A DNA stretch of 64,000 nt, from the NCBI GenBank assembly GCA_951406725.2, contig OX597829.1:310001-374000 (forward strand), in the 5' to 3' direction. The translations under genes and the position numbers were made by a program. The stretch's first letter is position 1. Each line of letters opens with the position of its first letter. The notes beneath the pieces were generated by a model, which worked only from the letters and a program-made list of their open reading frames with translations, had not been told where the DNA came from and ran no database searches. The DNA comes from Octopus vulgaris (lineage: Eukaryota). Positions 1-14,779 of the stretch are shown here, piece after piece.

Positions 1-334
1 TTGTTGTTGCTCTTACGTGTTATTGTTTCTGCACCTAGAGATGAACTCTTTTGCTGCCTGCTCACAATGATAATAATAATTTGAACCGAACTGAATTGAA
101 TTTAGACGCCTAACCCCTCTCATAAACGAAGAAAATATCTGTACTCTATTGCATTCTACTTCCTTCTTGAATTTGATCACATTAAGATAATTCTTTATTC
201 GTTCGTCTTTTATAAACTCTTACGATAAATGTAACCTACATACTTTTTTTTCTTTTTAATATATATTTTTCTTCATAAATATTTTCTTTAAGCATCTTTC
301 GTTTAAAGGAAGACTTTACACACATACACACACA

Positions 335-376
<42 letters not shown>

Positions 377-639
377 TATTAAAACCTTCACGCCCCTACC
401 CACCTGCACAAGATTTCGATATAATCGATGTTATTATATGCACTTTCGTTATTGCATATTTTAAGCAATGTTGATAAAAACCGAAGTTGCGTGCATTTCT
501 GAAATAGTGATTTGCTTTTGATTTAACAGAAACATTGTAGTAATGGTTTTTCCCGCCTATTTTTTTCCAGCCCGGTACCACTGGGAGTGTAAATTTAACG
601 ACAATTTAAGAAAAAAATCCCCAAGGTAATAAAACAATT

Positions 640-816
640 TTGTTATTGTTATTATTGTATTTATTTCTATTAATATCATTAATATTATTATATTTATTAT
701 TATTAATATCATTATTATTATTACATTTATTATTATTAATATTATCATATTTATTATTATTATTATTATTATTAATATCATTATTATTATTACATTTATT
801 ATTATTAATATTATCA

Positions 817-864
<48 letters not shown>

Positions 865-1215
865 TTATTATTAATATTATTATATTTATTATTATTATTA
901 TCATTATTATTATTATTATCATTATTATTGTTATTATTATTATCATTGTTATTGTTATTATTATTATTATCATTGTTATTAATATTATCATTATTATTGT
1001 TATTATTATTATTATTATCATTATTATTGTTATTATTATTATTATTATTATCATTATTATTATTATCATTATTATTATTATATTTATTATTATTATATTT
1101 ATTACTATTATTATTATTATTATTATTGTTATTATTATTATTATTATTATTGTTATTATTATTGTTGTTATTATTATTATTATTATTATTATTGCTGTTG
1201 TTGTTGTTGTTATTG
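640..1215. repeat. Imperfect (ATT)n/(GTT)n microsatellite
   Basis: Direct reading; source of the poly-I/poly-L ORFs. Confidence 0.97.
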
Positions 1216-1653
1216 GTTTTATCGCTTACTGAAGCGATGATTGGCTAAACAATTACTAGGGTAGTGCGAACAGCATTCAAAAGGTTTGTTGAATTTTATG
1301 CCATATGTGTAGCGAAGTGGAATTATCTGAGTTTTCCAACAAAAGCATTATGGGAAATAAAGTTGGTGGTTTAATTGAAAATAAATAGCTTGAAAAATTC
1401 TCAATTATTTGAAAAAAAAAAGAAATTTTTTTCATGCCTCGAAGATAATACTTTGTAAATAAGAACTTTGATACATAACAGCTAATAAATGAATTTGAAG
1501 CAATAAAAATCATTCCAGTGAAAATGAGTTAATTAAATATCTTTAAGTTCCAGTAAAGGTCCATGGTATTTAAAAATGTAACAACAGCAATAGCAATAAA
1601 ACAAAACGAAAATATAATCAATACAAATTTATGAGATTTTTGTAATTTTGTTC

Positions 1654-2659
<1,006 letters not shown>

Positions 2660-3000
2660 TATATATAAATACATATATAAAAATATATTTATGTACATAT
2701 ATATGTATGCTTCTGTATATGTGTATATGCGTGTGCATCTATTTATGTATATTATATATATATATATATTATAAATATGCATATACATAGTTTGTATAAC
2801 GGTATATTTATATATGTTTATATGTATGTGTGAGTGTATGTACATATGTGTGTATATGCGTATATAAACGCATGTGTAAATACATATACATATACTTGCA
2901 CATATACACACATATACATTCGTACAGACATGCTTATATACACACACACACATCTATACGCATACATTCTCTCTTTCTCTCTCTCTCCCTATACACACAA

Positions 3001-3083
<83 letters not shown>

Positions 3084-3842
3084 TATAGAGAGAGAGATAG
3101 GAAAGATGGGGAAGAAAGAAAGATAAGAATGAATAAATATGTATCGATTAATCCGTTTATCAACATGATGTAAAATAATATTTGAAGTATTAATAGTCTT
3201 TAAAAGAATCTCATTTCTTTACAAGATATTTACTTTCAAATTTGTAATGAAATAAACGAACCAGTTGTTATTTAAAGGCTAGCAAAACCAGCAAAAAAAA
3301 AGCGAGAAGGAAATATTATAAAAACGAAACAAATGCAGAAAAAGCATAGAAAAAGTGAAGAGGAATAAGAAGGAAATGAGAAAACACATAACTGATTAAA
3401 AAAAAAAAACAGCTGGAAGGATATCATTTCAAGTTCTACGCAAATAAGATTTATAAATAGTGTTTTCTATTTCTTAAAAAAGCATTAAAACGAGTTATAA
3501 TAATAAAGCAAAAACAGGCTGCGTCACAGTCAATTTTGCTTTACTCGGTTTAAAATAAAATTACAAACCAGCTTACTGCCCTTGGATAAACATCGTCTTT
3601 GCTATTTTTGTTTTGCTATCATAATACTTCAAGTGCTCATTTTAATTTTTTTTTACTTACAATGATATTTTCTTTTCTCCGTTTTATTATTATTATTTTT
3701 TTATATTTCAGTAATAGTAATATAAATAAAACTATACGCCGTTTATTATCAACATAGCAACTTAATTTTAAAAATACACGACAATACACAACATATGTAA
3801 ATACATATAAATATATATATATACACACACACATATATATAT

Positions 3843-3875
<33 letters not shown>

Positions 3876-4065
3876 CGCACATATATATATTCATACTATG
3901 TACGTACGTATGTATGTGCGTACATGCGAGTGTAAGCATGCAAGGATGAACGCGTGGCTTCGCCGTAGAATTAAAATCACAAACTGAGTGCTTACAATAT
4001 TTTTAATATTATGAATGAAACTATATATACGTGTTCGTGTTTATATATGCACGTGTGTATGTTTA

Positions 4066-4470
<405 letters not shown>

Positions 4471-4944
4471 CATATATTCATGGGCTCAAAATACACACAC
4501 TCACACAATATATAAGAAAGGAAATATTTATTCGCCATTGCATTTTTCAACTTCCTTCTTATATTTGATCGCATTAAGATAACTTTTTATTCACCCGTCT
4601 TTTATATCCGAGTGTACACACAAACACACGCGCCTGCACTGACACATATATATATATATATATACACATATATATGTATGCGTGTGTGTGTGTCTGGGTG
4701 TCTGTGTGTTATTCGCACACACATGCATAGCATATACATACATACACTCGTACTCACAAGCATACATACAGGAAGAAGATACAGATCAGTGAAAAAATAC
4801 AGAGGTGTTTGGTTATAAATTTTCTTTTTGAGTTGATGTTTTATAGTCATCCACCTATTACTTTCTCATGTAGTGGATGTGCAAACAAACACCGCGAAGC
4901 GTTTCATAATTGGTTCTTTTTCTTTAGTATATTAAACCAATAAA

Positions 4945-5348
4945 GGCGGCGAGCTGGCAGAGCCGTTAGCACGCCGGGCGAAATGCTTAGCGGTATTTCG
5001 TCTGCCGTTACATCCTTAGTTCAAATTCCGCCGAGGTCAACTTTGCCTTTCATCCTTTCCGGATTGATAAATTAAGTAACAGTTACGCACTGGGGTCGAT
5101 GTAATCGACTTAATCCCTTTGTCTGTCCTCTCTGTGTTTAGCCCCTTGTGGGTAGTAATGAAATAGGTATTTCGTCTGCTGTTACGTTCTGAGTTCAAGT
5201 TCCGCCGAGGTCGACTTTGCCTTTCATCCTTTCGGGTCGATTAAATAAGTACCAGTTACGCACTGGGGTCGATGTAATCGACTTAATTCGTTTGTCTGTA
5301 CTTGTTTGTCCCCTCTATGTTTAGCCCCTTGTGGGTAATTAAGAAACA
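4945..5348 (+). mobile_element. SINE family A (tRNA-like head, Nin/Deu-like core) with tandem partial duplication
   Basis: Head GGCGGCGAGCTGGCAG, B-box-like GAGTTCAAATTCC, core GACTTTGCCTTTCATCCTTTCGGGGTCGATTAAATAAGTACCAG; body repeated from ~5161; 16-bp TSD TATATTAAACCAATAA at 4928-4943 and 5349-5364. Confidence 0.92.
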
Positions 5349-5825
5349 TATATTAAACCAATAATGGATTGTCTTGATGCTGGTCACTATTGCTAGAGTG
5401 TCCGCAATAGTAAGTAACCTTTGACCCGTGTGTGGCCTCTATTTTAATTCATCTACACTGCTTTTTGTGCTGAAATGTTTACTGACGAATAAAAGATATC
5501 TCTCAGGTCAGTTTGAGTTTGTGAATTTTCAGATATTTTGGTTTAGAAATTAAAATTTTCTTACTGCATCCATCTATGCTGGTGCTTTGTTAGTGATTGT
5601 CTTACTCTGTCCCGTTCAGGAGAATGTTCCTCGCATGGCATGCTATTTTTACTATTTAAAGCGCAAAACATACCCATCAATCCAGCGTGATCCTCAAAAC
5701 TAACGCTACAACGTTCAGACCGTTAAATCTCTGTCAAGAAAGACGCTTCGCTTCATATCAAATACAAATGTGAGAAAGCTCGCAAAGATATTCTTTCAAA
5801 AATTAACAAATCCGATAATTCCAGT

Positions 5826-6020
5826 ATCAATCGTTGGACTGCGGCAATGGTGAGGCACTGCATTGAAGGGTCTAATCAAACAAATTGACCCCACTAATTT
5901 TTAGGTTGTTTTTTTTTTTTAAGTTTGTACTTTCTTACTACCGCGCTAGGATACGGGGACGCAAACAAACCAACACCAGTTTTCAAGCGATAGTGGTGGG
6001 AAAAAAACAAATGCAATAAC
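5826..6020 (-). mobile_element. SINE family B (CORE-like), diverged 3' half
   Basis: Matches the 3' part of the full copy at 15641-16060; partner 5' half at 7250-7380. Confidence 0.7.
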
Positions 6021-6078
6021 TCACTGATATATACATATACACACACATACATATATATTTACTACTTTCTCATATAAG

Positions 6079-6720
<642 letters not shown>

Positions 6721-7249
6721 ATATATATACATATATATATATATGTATGTATATAATACGTGAAGAATAACTGTTTTTTCTTTCAAAAGAGACAAAGAGT
6801 TAATTGGACTGCACAAAAGGAAGTGCTCAAATAAATGAGGCAAGGATAATTAAACATTGGTCATAGAACAAACATTAAAATGAGTTAGCGACTTTATATA
6901 TGGTATCAAATCTGCAACATACATCATATATAAATAAATATTACCATGGCTTTCATAATATATAAATAAAATATAAAATATATAAGACATACAAATACAG
7001 AAAACCACCAAAGGTAAAAAATATGCATATATATGCCAAAAACAAAACACGTATAGGGACGTCCCATCAAAAAAACGACTAAAAAATTTATAAAATACTT
7101 TAAATTACTAAAAATGTGTCATGCTGAGAAAGTCGAGAAAACGGGCAAACAAATAAAGCATAGATCAACTAAAAAGTTATAATTACTTCACTCACACCAA
7201 AAGGTAATAATCCATAAATATTTTTTTTTCTAATCAAAAATATATATAT

Positions 7250-7380
7250 GCGACGGGTTTCCACAGCGTTTCCGTCTACCGAATTCACTTACAAGCCATT
7301 GATCGGTCCCGCTGCCAAGATGCAACGCAGCTGGACAAAACTGGAAATCGCATGGCTGCGAAACAACATTTGTAACTTCA
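7250..7380 (-). mobile_element. SINE family B, diverged 5' half
   Basis: GTTTCCGTCTACCGAATTCACTTACAAG...GCCAAGATGCAACGCAG matches the family B head. Confidence 0.7.
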
Positions 7381-7446
7381 TAACCGTAGAATGGTAAATT
7401 CATTACGGCATCCAAAGAAATACATTGTGGTATTTGTTCCGGCGAA

Positions 7447-7677
7447 GGCGGCGAGCTGGCAGAAACGTTAGCACGCCCGGCGAAATGCTTAGCGGTATTT
7501 CGTCTGCCGTTACGTTCTGAGTTCAAATTCCGCCGAGGTCAACTTTGCCTTTCATCCTTTCGGGGTCGATTAAATAAGTACCAGTTACGTACTGGGGTCG
7601 ATATAATCGACTTAATCCATTTGTCTGTCCTTGTTCATCCCTTCTGTGTGTAGCCCATTGTGGGTAGTAAAGAAATA
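7447..7677 (+). mobile_element. SINE family A, full length
   Basis: Near-identical to other family A copies; flanked by a 52-bp direct repeat. Confidence 0.93.
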
Positions 7678-7978
7678 GGTAAATCCATTATGGCATCGAA
7701 AGAAATACATTGTGGTATTTGTTCCGGCGTTTACAGTCAAAGATCGATTCCTGCACAGGTCGACTTTGCTTTTAATCACCGGGGGGTCGACAATTACATA
7801 CACACACACACACACACACAGAGTAAACTGAGAGAGAGAGACAGAGGGGGGAGACAGAGAAAGAAAGAGTGAGAGAGTAAGAAGTCGAGATTACAGCCTC
7901 TACATTTCCGCTAGAATATGTAATATTGCTGTGCGTAATTTTAATGTTGTAAAAACATAATAAATTAATAAATATTTT

Positions 7979-8190
7979 TTTTTCTACACTAGGCACAAGG
8001 CCCAAAATTTTGGGAGAGGGGGCCAGTCGATTAGATCGACCGCAGTATACAACTGGTACTTAATTTATCGACCCCGAATGGATGAAAGGCAAAGTCGACC
8101 TCAGCGGAATTTGAACTCAGAACGTAACGGCAGACGAAATACGGCTACGCATTTCGCCCGGCGTGCTAACGGTTCTGCCAGCTCGCCGCC
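7979..8190 (-). mobile_element. SINE family A, alternative-tail subfamily
   Basis: Same head and core; 3' tail CCCAAAATTTTGGGCCTTGTGCCTAGTGTAGAAAA instead of TAGCCCCTTGTGGGTAGTAAAGAAATA. Confidence 0.9.
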
Positions 8191-8379
8191 TTTAGATAAA
8201 TAAATATATAGATATTAAGAAGAAATCAATAAATAAATATCAAGACTGAGCAAGTAAGGACAGAGACAGGAACAGTAAATTTATTTTGGAAGAGTTCATT
8301 GCTTCTTTTTGGAAACAACTTTATAATCCAACAACCTTAGGTTTGTTTGCGTTGTTTCTTTCTCCAAGCGAACACCGTT

Positions 8380-8797
8380 AGATCTTTTCGGTTTGGACGG
8401 CAGTTTTTAAAAATGATTTCCACGTAACTAAACACTTTTAAACTTCGTATACTGGTAGAATGTGCTTATAAAACATATTTTTCTCTTGGCTTTATTGAGA
8501 AAATTCTATAGTTTGTAAGATATTTGTTGTTGTTTTTCTTCAATTTCTGCAATTTCAACCAATCAATGACGTCCATTGAGGTGAAAACATTTTGTGCCGT
8601 ATGAATGTGTCCCTCGTTTAAGAAACTGATTGGGTTTATTTACATTTGTGAAGAAAAAAAGATACCCTTCTCCCCACCCCTAACCCTAACCCTAAAACAG
8701 ATTGAAATGCAATAGATCGATACTAGGGTCATAATTATTGGTGACAATTTCAAATGACACCGCTAGAAAAAAACTGCCGTTCAAACCGAAAAGATCC
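8380..8797. mobile_element. Non-autonomous TIR DNA transposon (MITE) with internal (CCCTAA)n, copy 1
   Basis: ~29-bp TIR GGATCTTTTCGGTTTGAACGGCAGTTTTT; 8-bp TSD ACACCGTT; three copies in the window. Confidence 0.92.
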
Positions 8798-10448
8798 ACA
8801 CCGTTAAAATAAACCCCTAGCGTTTTAAATTTGATCATTCAATATGTTTTTTATTTTTTTGCACATTAAGGATCACCTTATCTAACGTATCTAAGACAAA
8901 CGCTTGTAATTTATGGGCATTTGGCTGCTCTTTCTTACACTTCAATGGCTTCCTCCTTAGTTTGACTTAAGCTTTGTTGCTATCGTTTTTATTCAACCAG
9001 AGGTTAGGCTTGTTCAGGCAAGTAGATAATCAAGGACATTCCATTTCTAGCCACCATGTCTTCTTTTTTTCTTCAGATATTTTTTTATTCAGAACCTCAT
9101 TCTGCATTATTTTCTTCCCCTTTTTAATAAGATAGGGTGTTTGTGAGGGATATTTAGCTTTCATTTCTCCATTTAGCAAGTCAAGGGGCTGTCTGTAAAA
9201 TGCCGCAGTGACATTCGCAGTTGGTTACAGTTTGGAAATAATTGCTATTTCCCATGAGGCTGAAGGAAATAAGGAAGTGAGATTATTTTGGTAAATCTAA
9301 AACTGTTGATATTACATTGGAAAAATCCTTTGAGATTATTGGTCAGCCACTGCTTATAATTTCCTCGTCCGGATAACTCATTAGCATTTTGGAAGCACAA
9401 TCAGTTTCACCATCAGAAAACTATGTTAAGGATTGTTATAAAGCAATAAAGCAGCTCGATCTTGGAGGCATCCGGATAATGGACAGGGGCACAATACATT
9501 CTGTCAAGAAGATAAACACAGAAGATGTCTGCTTTAAACAGAAATACAGATTGGTTGTACTGATAGATATACGTAACATTAATCCTAGTTAATCTCGCTT
9601 TGTGATTTGTTGAAGACAAGAAAATTGCTGTTATTGACCCAACAGCTGAAATGCATGTTTTTATCATGCATTCGCTTGTACTCCTCTGACTCTGTAATTT
9701 TTTTCCCATAGTAGGGTCCCTCGTGTCGATTTGCCATCTCACACAGTTTATTATCTGAAATAGCCTTTCTGTCCTTTCCGCTCCTAGTTTGTTTGTCACA
9801 CGTTCAAACACATAATTGCTCCCTTCTTCATGTTCCCATAAATTTCACTGAGAAGTTTTATTCAAGAAAAGTTCTACGATTCTTAGTAAATTGCATAAAA
9901 CAATTTCTTTAACGAATTAATCTCAAATATATACACACGTGCACGTAAACCCATGCGCACACGCTTATAAATACATATAAAAATATATGTACATAAGTTT
10001 ATGTGTGTGTGTGTGTGTGTGTACTAGTAAATAAGTGCAAACGCGAAAAGTACAGAACAAAAAGTAGAAGCTTAAAAATATTTCAGCTGAAGTTGGAACA
10101 GAATTAAAAAATTTCCTCCCCCGTCTTATGATCGAAATGTCCTTTGGAGAAAAGTCTAAACGAAAATTTATAAAATAAAATTTTGGTGAACGATGGGAGG
10201 GACTTATATGATAGAAATACAAGCTGTCTTTTAAAATTAACGAAAAAAATTCAGCTACCTTTCTCTCATGTTTTCCATCCGTATGTAAGCTCACATTTGA
10301 GCACATAAAAGAAATATGTGCTCAAGTAAAGGCGAAGACTTGATTAAAGATGCATTTAAAGTCTTCTAGGCAGTAGTTTCAGCCCAGAAATATTGAGACA
10401 TATGTGATGTAGAAGTTTGAGGGTTAAGTTTACTTCCTTCCCCCACAT

Positions 10449-10747
10449 GGCCTAATGGTTACAGCAGCGGACTCGCGGTCGAGGGATCGCGGGTTCGAAT
10501 CTCAGACCGGGCGATGTGTGTGTTTAAGAGCGAAACACCTAAGCTCCACACGGCTCCGGCAGAAGGTAATGGCGAACTTCTGCTGACTCTTTCGCCACAA
10601 TTTTCTCTCACTCTTTCCTCCTGCATCTTGCAGCTCACCTTCGACAGACCGACGTCCCGTCCAGGTGGGGAACCTATACGCCAAGAAACCGGGAAACCGA
10701 CCCTTGTGAGCCAGGCATGGCTCGAAAAGGAACAAACAACAACAACA
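10449..10747 (+). mobile_element. SINE family C (tRNA-derived, (AAC)n tail)
   Basis: A-box TGGCCTAATGG, B-box GGTTCGAATCTC, tail CAAACAACAACAAC; head shared with family D. Confidence 0.85.
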
Positions 10748-11292
10748 CTAAGAAAGTAAAGTCTATCTCCACTAGAGACAACAAATCGATTTCTATAACC
10801 ATGAAATTCTGGGGCACCAACATTCTCGAGATCTTGATACCCAAAATATCTTTCTCTCTTCCAACATTTATGTCTTCTATTAAAGCTTGACTAACAAAAT
10901 TTTCTTGCCCAAAAAGCACAAAATTAATCTTTCTTAGATTCAACATAAATCGTTGGATTTGATCTCAGACATGCACATATCCCTTTGGATTTGAACCCAT
11001 GACAAACAAGCTGTCTAATGCACCCAAGTCTTCCCTTTACACTTTTTCCTACTTTTTCTACGCCGCTCCGCAAAGGGAACATTAGGTGCAATATTTTATA
11101 GTTCTCCATTTTGTACTGTACGTTATCAGGTTCAATTAATTAGGAATATTATCACTCCTCCATTTGCATATTACGCTATCCAATTCTTTTTACAATCAGT
11201 GCTTTTTACAGGCATAAAATAATGAAGCAAAACTAAAAGAAAAAGGTTATAATTAATTGCTTTCCAAAATGTTTGAACTGTAATCGAAAAGT

Positions 11293-11569
11293 CACCGTCA
11301 CAGACCAGGCTATCAGATGTTGCTACACATGGCTGGTCACAATACGCTTCGCATTGTTTTAGCCTTCAAATAACGCCACCCCGCCGGCTAAGCGAGCAGG
11401 CCAACAGAAGAAAGAGTGAGAGAAAGTTGTGGCGAAAGAGTACAGCAGGGATTGCCACCACCCTCTGCTGGAGACTCGTGGAGCTTTTATGTGTTTTTCG
11501 CTCAATAAACACTCACAACGCACGGTCTGGGAATCGAAACCGCGAGTCCGCTGCCGTAACCATTGGGCT
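11293..11569 (-). mobile_element. SINE family D (same head as C, different 3' tail)
   Basis: Highly similar to 30541-30807; head GCCCAATGGTTACGGCAGCGGACTCGCGGTTTCGATTCCCAGACCG. Confidence 0.87.
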
Positions 11570-11736
11570 TCCATTATCGAAAGGTAAATTTTATAACTTG
11601 ACAAAAAGTACATCGTACAAAATATTAAATTAGAAACTGAGACAAAGGAGAAGCATACCAAGAAAGCAGTTGATTAATTCAATGATTTTAATCGGAAAGC
11701 AGCACAGCATATATGAGTCTATCGGTTGGAGGCAAA

Positions 11737-12177
11737 TGATCTGTTCTGTTTGAACGGCAGTTTTTAAAAATAATTTCTACGTAACTAAACACTTTTAAAC
11801 TTTGTATACTGGTAGAATGTGTTTATAAAACATCTTTTTCTCTTGGCTTTATTGAGAAAATTCTATAGTTTGTAAGATATTTGTTGTTTTTTCTTCAATT
11901 TCTGCAATTTCAACCAATCAATGACGTCTATTGAGATGAAAACATTCTGTGCCGTATGAATATGTTCCTCGTCTAAGAACCAGATTGGGTTTATTTACAT
12001 TTGTGAAGAAAAAAGATACCCTTCCCCCACCCCTAACCCTAACCCTAACTAACCCTAACTCTAACCCTAACCCTAAAACAGATTGAAATGCAATAGAATG
12101 ATACTAGGGTCATAATTATGGGTGGCAATTTCATATGACACCGCTAGAAAAAACTGCCGGTCAAACCGAAAAGATCC
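11737..12177. mobile_element. MITE with internal (CCCTAA)n, copy 2
   Basis: Same TIRs and body as 8380-8797; longer CCCTAA tract; no clear TSD. Confidence 0.9.
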
Positions 12178-13037
12178 AAGAAGATTTACACCTCATCTGT
12201 AACAACATTGTTTTCATATTTTTAATGCGAGGAATGTACTTTTTGTAGAGATATCATCTTCTGAACATCAGGTTTAAAAATACTTAGAAGTAGTTTTAGA
12301 TCCTCGCCTTCAATAATCTTCAGTCTGGTCTAACTTTGCTTAGAAAAACGCTGGGCAGCTGTACTGGAGACTTGCTCTACTGAATATGATGTTTGGAAGG
12401 CAATAAAGTATATCTTAACTTTGATCCACAGTGCAGGGTAGCAGTCAGAAATTTCCTTTTGCAATAAAAAGACCCGAGATTTTTTAAACTTTGACCTCAG
12501 CTCATTATTTTTAAATGAATCCAGTTGAATGTCATCTGATATGCAATTTTTTCATCTCCAATTCAGAGAGGCTTTGAAACTGGAAGGCTCACGATGGCTT
12601 GTGTTACACTTGAATAACTTTAACTGATCATGGACAGAAACTTGAATAAATCTAATTGACAATTGGACAGAAACTTGGCTGGTTTTACCTTGATGAAGTT
12701 TAAGCTCATTTCCTTGCAGTTGCAAAATAATTCTACTGAGCTTTGGGAGTCCTGCTTCGTGTTTCTTAGTTTATCACGAAGAACAGAATTAGAGTCTTGT
12801 AAGAATTCAACAACTTAAAAAGGGGACTAGAATATTCCAGGCGGTTTCCCATTTATCATCCATCGAACTTCTATACGCATCAACAAAAGTTTAAAATTCT
12901 TAACATTCTCAACACAGAGCTGTTGAAACAGAAGGGAATTGAGAGCATTTGCTTTGGTTTTATTTACTGTTGTGGTAACAGTGTTCAATGATTTGTTAAG
13001 TCTACCACACAGATTATTTGGAACGTGTGTCTAAACA

Positions 13038-13260
13038 CCTATTTCTTTACTACCCACAAGGGGCTAAACACAGAGAGGACATACAAACGGATTAAGTCGA
13101 TCATATCGACCCCAGTGCGTAACTGGTACTTATTTAATCGACCCCGAAAGGATGAAAGGCAAAGTCGACCTCGGCGGAATTTGAACCCAGAACGTAACGG
13201 CACACGAAATACCGCCAAGCATTTCGCCCGGAGTGCTAACGTTTCTGCCAGCTCGCCGCC
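13038..13260 (-). mobile_element. SINE family A
   Basis: Reverse complement of the family A consensus. Confidence 0.92.
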
Positions 13261-14272
13261 TTAACATTTTCAATAAACTGATGAAGCAGCGATGACAATT
13301 TACCATCGATGGTGTTCCATCTATTGCTCCAAAACAAAACACTGGCTACATTTTCATACATGTTGCTAGTTGTCTTAGAAATAATAGCTCTTGAAGCAAA
13401 GGTTAATCTTTGACAAAGCAAACATAAGCAAGAAGCAATCTTTTGCTTTCTAAAAGGGAATCTACTGTAAGCTAAATTTGGTTGCACTCTGTATGAGGAA
13501 TGTTATAATGTATTAAATAGTGTAACATTCCACATGTTTAAACACATGTAGTACGCATTTCTAGAGAAAAAATCTCGTACTTCCTCCTTTTCATTCAAGA
13601 TTAAAGTCCACCCCCTCTTTGAAAAAATTAAAAAAACGGAGAAATTCCAATTTTATGCATGACTGCTTTTCCAAACGTTTTTTCTGTAAAATTACAAATT
13701 ACAAGTGTTTCAAAATATAGAAAACTACATGACGAAAAATAACAAGAAATAAACAAAAAGGAAAACAGGAGTGGTGGGTTGCGTTCCAGAGGTACAATAT
13801 GGGGGAATATAGATGTTTAAAAAATATGGACTGAAAAATTTTAATCAGATGAAAGTCCGCTGGTGAGTATTTTGAAATGTGGGGCATTCATGAAACGTGG
13901 AAAAATCTCGAAAGAAATCCGAGAAACTCCGACAAATATAATTAAATGCCTTTTTTTAAAAAAAAGAAAATAGCAAATTCATATCCTTGTGAGTGGATTT
14001 GGAGCTCCTTTACGAACGCACCTCTCCAAGGAAATGAAATGCAATTAAAAAAAAAAAAGCGTTATGAAAATGGAAAATATATACAAAGTAAATGACGTAT
14101 GCAAAAAAATTAGAAAGATTCATCCATTTTAAAATATTTTATGCTAAAAAATAAAACAAACGGAAAACGGGTACTTGCGAATAACATGTCGGAAGATACA
14201 AGGGGAGGATTCCGACAATATCGTTCGCAAATTGTTGATTATTTTAAATCAGATTTTGTTACTGTGCACACT

Positions 14273-14742
14273 CGTTAGCGTTAGGGTTAGTTTTAGGGTT
14301 AGGGTTAGTGTTAGGGTTAATTTTAGGGTTAGGGTTAGCGTTAGAGTTAGGGTTAGCGTTAAGGTTAGGATTAGTTTTAAGGTTAAGGCTAATTTTAGGG
14401 TTAGGATTAGGGTTAGAGTTAGGGCTAGTTTTAGTGTTAGGGTTAGTTTTAGAGTTAAAATTAAGATTAGTTTTAGGGTTAGGGTTAGAGTTAGGATTAG
14501 CGTTAGCGTTAACGTTAGGGTTAGTTTTAGCGTTAGGGTTAGTTTTAGGGTTAGAGTTATGGTTAGGGTTAGCGTTAAGTTTAGGGTCAATTTTAAGTTT
14601 AGAGTTAGTTTTATGGTAGGGTTAGTTTTAGGGTTAGGGCTAGTTTTAGGGTTAGGGTTTGTGTTAGGTTTAGGGTTAGTTTTAAGGTTAGTTTTAAGGT
14701 TAGGGTCAACGTTAGGGTTAGGGTTAGGGTTAGTTTAAGGTT
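14273..14742 (+). repeat. Degenerate interstitial telomeric-like array (TTAGGG with TTAGTT/TTAGCG/TTAGAG variants)
   Basis: Direct reading; 6-bp period retained throughout. Confidence 0.93.
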
Positions 14743-14779
14743 ACGTGGTGTGCAGTCGCTTTACCTTCGCCCATTTTAT

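Noticed and set aside
10449-10520. Possible tRNA gene
   Set aside because: It is the head of a SINE with body and tail; same for the other A/B-box hits
10924-11109. Walker A-like GVEKVGKS
   Set aside because: No downstream P-loop NTPase motifs; a neighbouring frame looks equally protein-like; likely chance
14273-14742. True telomere or fusion site
   Set aside because: Interstitial, highly degenerate and single orientation
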